Source: Trichinella spiralis (lineage: Eukaryota). Taken from it: 64,000 nucleotides of DNA. Shown piece after piece: positions 1 to 12,485 of this stretch (positions within the stretch are counted from its first letter, which is position 1; each line of letters begins with the position of its first letter). Under the pieces are notes generated by a model. It was not told the DNA's origin, did no database searches, and saw nothing but the letters and a program-made list of their open reading frames with translations. Position numbers and translations under genes: made by a program. The stretch lies in contig NW_003526941.1 of the NCBI RefSeq assembly GCF_000181795.1, positions 7,230,043 through 7,294,042 of the forward strand. The letters are read 5' to 3'.

Positions 1-3000
1 CCAAACAAAGTTGCACAAGATTGCAAACCGTTATTTTCAACTTTGTAAGTTGTATTATAATTGATTGGTCTGGGACTTCTTTCTTTAACTGATCGACTTC
101 GTTTCGGTAAAGCAGCTTTTGGTTTCGATTTGCGCATCATTGTTGCTGGTATTATCCTTGGCCCTTGGAAACTGTCCATCAAAGATAGCATTCCTACCAA
201 TCCTCGCTCTTCAGCTACGTGACGTGGGCGACGATCCATTTGGTCAGCTAATTCTTTGTCAGCACCTATTTCAAGCAAATAACGCACCATTTCTTGCTGA
301 TTTTCACGAACAGCAAGAAACAGTGGCGTACGGTCTTTCAAATCTTGAACATTACATTCAGCACCATGCTGTAACAACAATCTCATAAATGGTATATTTC
401 CATTCGAAGCTGCCCAATGTACAGCAGTTAAACCTTAAAATAAGAAGAAATCATAATAAATTATTTGGAATTTACATTTTATGACTTCTGATAAAAAATA
501 CCTTGATTGTCAGCACTGAGTACACTAGCGTCATGCCTTAATAGCATATTTCCAATAGTCACATCACAACCGGTACTGATTTTAGCTTCCAACAGAAGTG
601 CAGTACAACCTTCATCATTTTTTTGCTCTAAATCGGTTCTAGCATCGTTGAGAAGAATTTCCACTATTCTACTGTTTCGTGCCATGATCGCGTGGTGCAA
701 AGCGGTGTTGCCTTTGAAATCGCCGATAGTGGGGCTGCTTCCACACTGAAGCATGTGAGATACGGCTTGAACACGTGAAAAACGAACTGCTAACATCAGA
801 GCAGTTTGTTTGTACACTTCCGTTTGGGCGTTCAAATCGGCACCTTCTTCCACTAACTGCTGCAAACACTCCAGTTGTTGTTCTTCGCTTTCGAAAGGCT
901 GGTAAGCGGCTAACATCAACGGTGTTTCGTTGTCTGGTCCAAGAGCGTTCACGTCACCCAAATCTGATGTTCCAGCTTTGCCATTTAAAATAGCCTTATG
1001 ACGTGCCGACCAGTTTCGAGGTTCTTCAGCAACAGCATCTAACTGTTGCTGCTGCTGTTTATTCGAAAGTGGTAGCATTTCTGAATTTGGTGTTGCAGTT
1101 TGTGAGCGTAAATAAGTGCTGTACGTATCTGCTTCAGACCAACGAGTTGTACAATCGTTCGTCGGATTCCAGTCGAGATATTTATTCATTGAATTCAGCT
1201 GATGGTGATCAACCGCTGCTGCCAGTGAAGGAGGTGATTTCCAATTGGACTGATATGGATCCGTATCGTAGTACTTTTTCGGCTTTTTCAGAGCCATCAG
1301 ATGATGTTCGTCAGTTGTATAATTGTTCTGCTCGACAAATTCAGACTTTTTACCCAAGTTTGTTTCAAATTGCAATTTAGCATCTCGAACTTGGTGTTCG
1401 TGTTGATCTGAGCCGCCGAAACCGGGAATCCAAACCGGGGCTCGAACACGTTTTCGAAGTAATACGGTGGCCGAAAGAAAGATCAGCGCCGCTGAACACA
1501 TGAACGTAATCAAAGCGATCATCCAATTTTGTAGTTTTTTATTTTCAGGTGGAGATATTTTCCCATTAGCTGAATAGACATCCCATCCGAGTTCTGATTT
1601 CAACGCTTCACGTGCAGTAGCTGCACCAAGAAAATCCGCTACCTAAATTGATCGATCATTAATTAAATCACAACATCAAGAAGAAGAGAGAAAGAAAAAG
1701 AAATATTTGTTTACCGTCAATACGTTGGTAAAACATTCTTCACCAGCTTGCTGACTACATGCGGTCACATCAATAACGAGAACAACCAAAGTACCGTGTA
1801 TAATTGGTGATGGATGTTCATAATCGACACCGGCATCGCGTTTTTGTCTTCTGCTGTTATCATTTTTGTTGTAATCGACTTTCAGTTTTGCATTATAGGT
1901 AAAAACAGGTAATGGCTTATTGTTTTTATCTTTCTCAATGCCACTTTTTGAATTCCACCTGTAAATCATGGGTGAACCGTGTTCATCGAGCTTCACTTGT
2001 ACATTTGCATGAACAAGCTTGCCGACAACCATCAAAAATCGACTCGAATCTTGAGTGAACAGTTTCGGATCGACCGTCAAAATCAGCACCACTTCACCAC
2101 TCAATGTTTGACGCTTCAGCTTATCGCCGTTTTCAGCCAAACAGTCACCACCGTCGTAATTGCAGCCGGCTGTGTTGCAACCGTGATCACAGTTGCCGTC
2201 ACCCAAATGCCGTATGCAGTAGCTTTCGAAAACTGGATCGCACTGTTCGTCCATTTTCGAGCAGTCGAAACCGTCGAACAAGCACTGTTCGTTGTTGCAG
2301 ACCGGATCGCATTTTCCATCTCGAAACACGTGAGCACAGTAATTTCCGTGTTCACAGCGGTCGAATGGCTTCAATCCGGCTGAACAGTCCAGACCGTCGA
2401 AGCCACAGGCTACGAAATTGCATTCGGGATTGCAGATGCTGTTGTTGGCTTTCTGCTGGCAGTGGTTTTGCTGACAAGAGTTCGATTCGGTTCGATCGAT
2501 CTCGTCGAATAGATGTACATCCACGGTTGCCCGATAACCAACTCCGTTGTTGGACAAATGTCGTTGTGCATAATCGTCGACATCTTCTTCTTCTATTCGA
2601 TTGTCCACCCCGCCCGGAAATGTCGGATCGTACAAGTCGCAGAGATGACCGGCAAATTTTGCCGGACATGAACACTGGAATTGACCGACCAAATTGTGAC
2701 AAATGCCGCCATTTTTGCAAGGTTTCAATGTGGCACATTCGTCGACCGAGTCGATTTCACAATGCAAGCCGGCCGTACCGGTGGGACAGTGGCACCGATA
2801 GCCGAGGCTCGATTCCACATTCGGCACACAAGTTCCACCGTTCAAGCATCTGTTACTGTTGCCACCCTGTTTGCATATTGCCTCTCCATCGTCGAGTATG
2901 CTCATTTCACACTGTTGACCGTAGAACCCTGCGGTGCAAACGCATTTTGCCGAATTGTCGTTGCATGATGCACCGTTCTTGCACGGATTGGACGAACAGA

Positions 3001-6000
3001 ACGAGTGTCTGTGTTCGCAGTTGCGACCGCCGAAGCCTGGCTTACACAAACAACTGTAATCGTTGACCAGTTGAACGCAGCTGATCGTTCCTTCGTCGTG
3101 ACAAGGCGCTGACAAGCATTCATTCACATCCCCTTCACAACGTTGACCAACAAATCCAGGTGGGCATATGCATTCGAAACCACCAACTTTGTCTACACAC
3201 GTTCCGCCGTGGTGACAAGCGTTGGCGTAGCAATCGTTTTCATTTATTTCACACTCAGAACCACCCGTACCTGAGAAAATGCAAAAACTTAACATTAACT
3301 GTTTCGAACAGCACACAAACATGTATAAAAATTAAATACCTGGTGGACAAGAGCAGATGTAACCTTGGATGAGGTCGTAACAGACTCCACCATTGTGACA
3401 AGGATTCGGTGAACAGTCGTCAATGTTGACTGCACACGTAGGTCCAGTGTATCCAGGCGCACAAATGCACGCAAAGCTGTTGTTCTGATTGCGACACCTA
3501 GCACCATTCTGGCAAGGATTCGACTGACATTCGTCAATATCAACTTCACAATATGAGCCGGTGAAGCCAGCTTGACATAAGCAAACGTGTGAATTTCCAC
3601 GCTGTTCACAACGACCACCATTGTGGCAGAGTTCTTTCAACGAAACGCGTCGTCGACGAGCCGCCTCTACACAAGAAACCATTTCCACATCACAATGTTT
3701 CCCTGTCCAACCGTACGGACATTCGCAACGATATTCATTTCGTTCTTGAATACAATGGCCATCGTTTTTGCAAGGACTACGTGAACACCAGTCGACAAAT
3801 CGCTGAAAAATAAATTTCATTAAAAAAAGAATTTTTTTTAAAAATCAATTATAAATATATTTTTTCTTTTTCTTCTAGAAACTCACTTCGCAGTGAACTC
3901 CGGAAAAACCATGAACACACTGACAAAGATAATGTCCACCATGGTCGATACAGGTACCACCGTTTTGGCAGGGTTCGCTTTCACAAAGATCAGCTTGGTG
4001 TTGACAATTACGACCGGAAAATCCTGGCCGACAAAGACAAGTGAAATTGTTCACACCATCGACGCACTGACCGCCGTTCAAGCAAGAACTCGGTGAGCAA
4101 TCTTCGTCGTTCACTTGACAGTTGGTTCCAGAAAATCCCAAAGGACAAGTGCAAGTATATGAATTGACGTAATCGTGACATGTTCCGCCGTTTAGGCATG
4201 GCTTTGAAGCACAATCGTCAATGTCAGTTTCGCACTGGTGACCAGTAAATCCAGCCAAACACTGACAACTGTAATGGTCAATCAGATCAGTACAAAAGCC
4301 ACCATTCAAGCAAGGCATCGACGCACAGTCGTCGATGTTCTCTTCGCAACGACGACCGCTGAATCCTGGTGGACAGTGACAATTGAATGTGCCGAGCTGA
4401 TTTTCACACGTTCCGTTGTTGCGACACGGAGGTGGCACTAATTTACACTCGTCAACATCATATTCACACATACGACCATGGAAACCAGCCTTACATTGGC
4501 AAACAAAATCCCGATAATTGGAAGTTGGTCTGCATTTCCCGTTGTTCAAGCACATCTTGCCTCGGCAAGGGTCCAAACGATGTTCGCACAGTTTTCCCAC
4601 AAAACCTGGCGGACAGTGACAACGAAAACCCTGACTCTCGTCGGTACATTTGGCACCGTTCAAGCACGGCTTCAACTGTACGCATTCATCGACATTTTGT
4701 TCACAATTTACACCAGTATAACCAGGTCTACAAGCGCACATGTAACCACTGTGCAAGCCACCTCCGCCGGTGATCAAGGCACCAGAATCAGCTTTGTTGT
4801 GACACGTCGCACCGTGTCGACAAGGATTCGATGCGCACGCGCTAACTTGCAGCTCACAACGGGTACCAGTGAAACCAGCCGGGCAATGACAGAAAAATTT
4901 CCCAAATGGCGTTAATCGACAAGTGGCTCCGTTCAGGCAAGGTTCGTGAAAACAGTCGTCGCGTTCAGTGTCACACCTGAGTCCAGTGAAGCCGGGCGCA
5001 CAGTCGCATCGGAAACCGTTGACCAAATCCGTGCAACGGCCACCATTCAAGCAAGGTTGCGTAGCGCATTCGTCAACATCAATTTCACAGTTGTTTCCCG
5101 TATAGCCGGCAACACATTCACATTTGTAATCATTGACCAAATCTCGACACATACCCCCATGTAGGCAAGGGTTCGACGCACAGTCATTCACATTTTCGTG
5201 ACAATCTCTACCAAATGTACCATTACGACACTGGCATCTGTACGAGCCGACTGTATTCACACATGTGCCGTTGAACCAGCATGGCTCATCAAGACATTCG
5301 TCCACATCGTGATCGCAAAATTGACCTGTCCATCCGGGTTCACATTGACAATGCACGCTAGAATCCAATCGTTGAGGTGTATCAACGCACAATCCGTGTA
5401 CGCAGGGATTTTTCCGACAGTCGTCTAGTCGACGAGTGCAATTGGTTCCAGTATATCCGGCACGACACAAGCAACGATAGCCGACAGCCAAACTGATGCA
5501 GGAACCACCATTTTGACAAGGCTTTTCAGCAAGACATAAATTTCGCTTTTGTTCACAAAATTGACCTTCAAATCCTGGTGGACAAGAACAACGCAGACCA
5601 CGGTCTCCAGTGGTCGAAGCGACGCATACTCCGTTGTTCAAGCATCGTCCGTTTGGTTGATCAGGATCATCGAGTAGACAATGATTGATGCGAGTTTCAC
5701 ACTGCTTGCCAGTGTAGCCTTTCATGCACAGACAAGTGTAAAATCCAATGTCATCCAAGCAGGAACCACTGTTTTGACAAGGATTCGATTCGCACTCATC
5801 AATGTTCGTGTCACAGTTGTCATCAGTCCATCCAGGTGCGCAAAGACATTTAAAAGTACCGGGTAGATTGACACAAGTTGAATTATTTTCGCAGGGGTTT
5901 TCCAACGCACATTCATCCACATCTTCAGAACAGTCGTCCCCTTTGAAACCCCTGGGACAGTCACATTTGTACGAACCATCGACACCGTTGGTCGAACATC

Positions 6001-9000
6001 TCGCTTCTCCATAACATGGATTCGACCGACAACTATCACGAAGCTGACATTTCAGTCCTTAAACAGATAATCCATTTATTCATTAATTCAATTTCAATAA
6101 TAATGATAAATTTCTTACCTGTGAAACCAACTGGGCATTCACAATAGAAGCTTGCGACCATATCTCGACAAGTGCCACCGTTGTAACAACGAACATCCGC
6201 ACAGTCGTCCATGTTGGTTTCACAAAATTCACCTTCCCATCCATTGACGCAAACACACTGAAAACTTCCAACTGAATTCAAGCACGTTCCACCGTTGCGA
6301 CACAGGCCAGGAAATTGTTGACATTCATTCACATCTTCAGTACAATATCTGCCTTTGTAATTGGATGGACAGTCGCAAGTATAGCTCATCACACCATCCA
6401 CACAACGTCCACCATTTTGGCAAAGATGTTCACCACAGTCATCGATATTAATTTCACAGTTTTTTCCCGTAAATCCTGAAATGACATGACAAAACATGCA
6501 AAAATTTTTTCGCGATTACACTTTGACGGTCATTTTCATTACCAGCGGGGCAGCGGCAGATGTAGTCGAAGTTGCCAGTCGGAAAACAATGACCATTATT
6601 TTGACACAACGATGGGGAACATGGTACGAATGCTTGGTCGCAATTTTTACCAGTGAATGCTCGATCACATTTACAACTGGAAAGTAATTCAGTCATTTTT
6701 TCAGTAATTTCATTCATCAAAAAAAAAGGTTTTTTTTACCTGTAACCACCTATCAAATTGGTACATTCTCCATGACGACAAATTCCAAGCTTGCACTCGT
6801 CAACATCTTGCTCGCAGAATCTTCCCGTAAAACCAGATTTACATATACACTTGAAATTCGCATCACCTAACGGTATGCAATGACCACCGTTTTCACATGG
6901 ATTAACAGCGCATGTGTCAACATGTTCGCAGTGATAACCTGAAAATCCATATTTCAGACATTTCGTATGAAAGAGAAAAATACAAGCAAAGCAAAGTACA
7001 AACCAAGGTAGCCAAAATCGCATTCACAATGATACGACTGCAGTGTATTCAGTGTACATTTGCCATGTTTGCAAGGAGATGAATCGCAAGCGTTTGGCAG
7101 TTGCACTTCGCAGAGTGATGCAGTGAAACCTACAGTAGCAACAGGTAAGAAACACATATGAAACTATGTTTAACATAATATAATATAATCAATTAACAAA
7201 GTTTTGTGCAAACTTAAAGTCACATGTATTTTTTTCTGCTTAAAATCCTTCAAAATAAAAAAGGAAATAAGGTTAGATTTGTAATAAAAAACGCACCAGT
7301 AAGTTATAATTACATTTCAAATGCCCATTTCATGATGAAGCCCAGTTTATAACAGCTTTGAAAAGTTGTTAATTTCTTTTTTTCGGAGTACTTCAAATAT
7401 TAGGTTTTTTCTTTTTATTGCGAAATCGGAAAGATATTACGGGTGAATGATAATTTTTCAATAAAGTTTTACAACACTGACCGACATAATTGTCATTTGA
7501 CCAAATCGATCACCTTTCCGCTTTCAGATAACCACCATTTATTTGTCATATTATAAAAGGATAGAAATTATAATTAAAATAAAAGCTGAAAAAATAATAA
7601 AAAGGAATTTATTGTTAGAAAATATAAAATAATTAAAAGTTATAAAAAAATTAATAAATAAATCACAATAATAATAATATTCAATCATAATAATGTCAAA
7701 TAGAATGCAGATCAACATGACAGTAATGATTTGGAAATGTCCTACTATTCGGCTCATAAAATACTGTATTATTACTGAAAGTTGTTCGAAAAATAAGGCT
7801 AAATTGATAATATTTATTTGTTATATCTAGATAGATATGAATTTTCATTGTTTTATAAGAATTTTTATAAGACAAGTTAGTTGCATGAAAATCATCGAAT
7901 CAAATGGGATCCGGTCTGAGAAAGGAAAACAAGTAAAGCCAGCGTGATATGCAGGCTACAGTTTACTGGTTTTTCGAGCTTCTAAAATTAATCAAACGTT
8001 CGGAAAAATAGTCCCGTAGGTCGAGGCCGTCAATTTTCAAGGGCAACGAGGCTCAATTTCACACGGCTATCAGAGGCCACAAAAATTGGGACGACGTTGA
8101 CCTGTACAAGGGGGAAAATTGCCGGTTGAACCAAAAAGCTTTGCCCAGTTAAGTTAAGTTTAGCAGCTGCGACCAACCCCAAAATACAAAACAGCCAACT
8201 GTAAACGGGGAATGGAGGGGACAGGGGGGACAGAGAGGGGTAGAGAAATGAAAAATACAGCCGGAGATAGAGAGGAGGGGGCAGGCTGTTGCAAATCGCA
8301 GCCGACACAGAATGGATCCAGTCGGGCATGCGTCCTTGGACAGTACGATGACCACTTGACACGCTTTTCCGGGATGAGTCAAATCCGCCCAGTTGGACCA
8401 AAATTGGGGGCCAGTGGCAAATGGTGGATAAAGGTTTTGCTTTGCACCGTGTGCATCGGTAGCGGTTCTTTAATAATAAAGCAGACTCGACAAAAAAGGT
8501 CACGACGGTATGACAATCCATTGTCTGCGTCGTTCTACATGAACAGGTGTTGGCCGAAAGCCACGCGGTCACTGATCATTTCAGATGACCAATGGTAAAA
8601 GATTCCTCCAATTGTCCAAAATCAACACAGACGTTGTTCGACGACAAACAACAATACGCGGTCAAAACTTCTCTCAACTAACAACTGATCTACCCCTACT
8701 AGCTTAACCGCTATCATCTATGCAATCCACCTCGCAGAAAAAGTTCAACTACTCTTAGACCACACAGAGATAGATGTAAGCAAGGAAAAAAAACATACAT
8801 ACATACATATATACGAATATAATTCTCGTTAGAAGAAAACAGCAACACACAATCATACAAAAGTTAAATAAATAAAATAAAATAGAATAAAAACTTACCA
8901 AGCGGACAGGAACAGTTAACCAATACACCGTTTGTATCGTCAATTTCAAAACGACATAGGCCATTGTTCATGCATGGATTTGGTTTACACGGATCCGGAT

Positions 9001-11006
9001 GATCACAGTATCGACCAAAATAACCAGGGATACATCTGGAGCAAAGAAAGAAGGTAAAATTATTTTATTACGTTTCATTTAACATTTCAATATTCAACAA
9101 TTTTCAATACAACAAATAACATTAACTATATACATGTATATATATTAAGATTGGGATGAGCTAATTTTCTGTTAAATAAAATTTATCATGCGTACACATA
9201 ATGTAAATACAATAAATATGTAATTGAGTGAATGTTTGTTTAAAACACGCTTTTCTTAAAATCTGTCAACTGTTATGGTGGTGGTGAATGTTGCAGAAAA
9301 ATGTCATCTGTAAGTGAAATTAAGAACTTCTGCGTCATGATCAATTTTGCAAAATTGAACACAGCTTGGATGGAACGTCTGCAAAATTGGCACTGCATCT
9401 TGCCTGTCCTCGTAACCTCTGCTCTGGACGACCTTCGAGGAAAAATTGTTTAAGAACAGACAAACAAGCGAATCGCCTGCCGCTTTTCTGACCTTCAATT
9501 TTTGTATCTATTCAGATAAGACGCTCTTTTCCCACGCCCCGTTGGTAATAATTAAAAGGAAAAATAAAACAAAACAACAAAAAATTTTAAACACAAACAA
9601 CTTAAGATATATTTTAATTTTGTAAATCATCATCATTTATATACTTTTTTTGTTGTAAATATTCAAGATAAACAAACTTTACATTTCCATCCGAACATTG
9701 CATACCATCAATACTGATAAAAGTACAAGAATTACTGTAGGTGGTGGAGTTTTTTCTAACCGTTCAACTTTTTTTCTACCTGAACACCAACGATTGTAAA
9801 TAGCACTGAGCAATTGTGCCCAAATTGAAAGAAAAACCATGGTATATATACATATATTGAAAGATGTTGCAAATTAGCTTTTGTTGAAGAAAAGCTTTTC
9901 ATGTATCAAATGACAATAGTGTTTCTAACAGAACGCAGCAAGCAAATTTTGCAAAATGTTTGAAAGAAAAAAACCCCTCAGAGAGATTCACATAACTGAA
10001 ATTTCATTTATTAATAATAATAATAATAATAAATTTCTCAATTTTATCTGTTCAATAATCGAACATGTCAATCAGTATATTGTCGAGTGAAAATCTGCTT
10101 TCAAAAGACATTCATATTGTGATATTGAAATTGTTTTTCTCAATATCAAAAATTTTCCATTCAAAATGTTAATCTTTTTTGTTTTCTTTTTTTGTCGTGT
10201 CTGATAAGATAGAAGTTTCAAGAAAAGAAAAGCTACTGAACTGTTTCTCACGACCTCTTCTATTTTCCTTTTATAAATAGAAAAAAAACAAGAACTGCGC
10301 ACTGAAGCATAACCGTTATTTAAATAATGCAGCAGTATAACAGCAGCAGAAGTTTGTGACGCACCACACTTGCTGTCAGCAAGCACAAGCTCCTCACGTT
10401 GAACAGGACAAAACGTTGGTGAAACATCATCTTCACCACCGCCAGACCCCAATAATACAGCCCCAGAATGCCAGCAGATGTTCAGACATTCACCTGCACG
10501 CTGAATAATTAATTGCTAGCTCGACCTGACTGTTACTTAATTATCTTTTATCTTTTTCCCTTTTTTAATGCATACATATTCATGCATACGGTAAATACTA
10601 TAGCTTGACCTCAGACTGTACAGGAAGTAAAACAAATACCAAAAAAAATTAAAAAACTTTAAACAGTTAATTTCAATGAAGCAGAATAGGTGGAGTGAAG
10701 AGAAAAAAAGCAAATAATAAAAAAAAATTAAACTTACTCGCATTCGGCAAAGCCATCATTGCCAATAGCACACCTTCCTCCATTTTGACAAGGACTTGGC
10801 AAACAACTTGAATCTTAGAAAAGAAGAAGAAGAAAATAGATACAAATAAATAAATAAATAAATAAATAAATACAAATAAAGAACTTACAACTCTGCATGG
10901 TAGTGAATACTGGATAAGTAAGGCTACTCGGTTGGCAGAGTACCAACATCGACGCCGCCACGATTATCGTCGGAATCAAACGACGACGTTGTACTAACGT
11001 GTTCAT
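1..11006 (-). CDS. Notch: Notch receptor (signal peptide, 36 EGF repeats, 3 LNR, HD, TM, RAM, ankyrin repeats); 3' end lies outside the window
   Basis: Hand-spliced GT-AG exons (minus): 10889-11006 (ATG, MNTLVQRRRLIPTIIVAASMLVLC signal), 10738-10813, 8899-9035, 7004-7129, 6740-6938, 6543-6676, 6119-6475, 3887-6057, 3340-3802, 1715-3270, 502-1642, 1-433; phases are consistent. I counted 36 EGF repeats, followed by three LNR repeats (C..NN..C.FDG.DC), a furin-type site SRRQKR, the TM WMIALITFMCSAALIFLSATVLL, the RAM motif APVWIP and ankyrins (ETPLMLAA, NTALHHA, LTAVHWAA, RTPLFLAV). The frame is still open at position 1. Confidence 0.97.
9529..9536 (-). promoter_or_regulatory. Perfect CSL/Su(H)/LAG-1 consensus site (CGTGGGAA) in Notch intron 2
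   Basis: ttcccacg on the plus strand is CGTGGGAA on the minus strand. Motif match only; function is inferred. Confidence 0.35.
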
Positions 11007-12477
11007 GATTTGAAAATTCACTGCTTCACAAGAGAACACCTTTTAAGATTTGATATATCTGGTCTGAGCTTGATTTTCTCCACTTTATGCTTTTGCAAAA
11101 GCAAAAGTAAGCATCAAAAGAGAACAACAATAATCACAGCGATGATGATGATGGTATGAAAATTGGCAATTTCTTCTCCTTTTATTTTATTTTCACTTCT
11201 ACTCCAACTCTGCCTTATTGTCGCCGTTGGCTACAGATCTTGCCAAACGCAACCGATGGAATGACACGTTGAAGTCGACAATGATTACAATCCAGGTCGC
11301 TGCTTTCTAAAGACAGCTGCTGTGCTCAGTACAGATGACGCGACAATCGTCACTTTTTCTCTTGACCAATCAAAAATGTCCAAAAGTTATACTAACGCCA
11401 CCTGGTGATTAAATTATTTTCTCCGAGAAAGTTGAATATATTTATTTCTTCATAAATTTTTCAAATATTCTTCTTTTACAACAACTGTATATAGAAACAG
11501 ATATAGAATTCAACGATTATAACAGCTACCATTCTAACGAGGTCGTCAGTTGTTAATTTTCCATCCAACTCTTATGTGAAACGTCAAAATCCAAGGTCGA
11601 ACAATTTGCAACTATACCATCGAAAGCACATTAATTTAGCTGAGAGAAGCGTTTTGCCAGGGTTGATCTGACAAAGCTAACCACCTGTTGTTGTTGTTGT
11701 CGATGTTGCTTTTTTCAAACGATTATCGTCGTCGAGGCCGTTAGCTTTTTTCTATCAAGAATACTTGAAATCTAAAATGACAAGATAAAAAGCATTATTT
11801 GATTAGTAAATGAATAAAAATAAAACCCAATAATGATAATAATAAGCTTGTGCATATTTTTGAAAGTGTGAAAAATGCTTTAACCTAATGTACCACTTCA
11901 AGCTGAACACTGATGCTAGGTTCTGTTGACTGTGGTGAAAAGTAATGCAGAGGGCAAACAAAAATGGCCGTCCGCTAATAAACGACTTTTATGACAGTTC
12001 CTCCATCGGTTTGATTGTTGTTGGTGATTCATGCTTGCCACTCACGCGTTCTTAACGCTTGCTTAGTCGGTGATCTTTGAAGTAAGTTTATTGCTAATGT
12101 CAGTTAAAAGAAAAAAATTTTTGATTATATGATAATAATCTTTTTATTTCATCATTATCCCTTTTTATTTCAATCAATTGTTTTGTATGAATGATGTTGA
12201 CAAATGAGATTTCAGTTCTTCATTTTATGCTTTTGATTTCGTTTGACACATTTGATCAACGCTTTTATTAAGCTGCACATTGGCTGAAGCTAGAAGTTTG
12301 CAGCTTGCTTGGAATTGTCACAATTTTGTAATAATTAATCATTCAGCATAATTCATCTCTTTTTCACTTATTGAAAATTTATTTCAAAAAAAAAGATTTA
12401 ATTTTATGTTGCAATTGTCGGGATGTTTTTGATTTTGTTCTTCAATATCACCAGTTGTTGTTTGTCTTCTTTGGGAA

Positions 12478-12485
12478 CGTGGGAA
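12478..12485 (+). promoter_or_regulatory. Perfect CSL/Su(H)/LAG-1 consensus site (CGTGGGAA) ~1.5 kb upstream of the Notch ATG
   Basis: cgtgggaa, directly preceded by the near-match tttgggaa (12470-12477); another near-match cgtgggat lies at 12882-12889. Motif match only. Confidence 0.35.

Noticed and set aside
1979..5866. Many long plus-strand and alternate-frame ORFs (e.g. 2104-3066, 320 aa) overlapping Notch
   Set aside because: They are antisense/shadow frames of the Cys-rich EGF exons, with no independent domain signal.
8030..8598. 180-aa and 128-aa ORFs inside Notch intron 3 as a nested gene
   Set aside because: No recognisable motifs or splice structure; explained by locally higher GC content.
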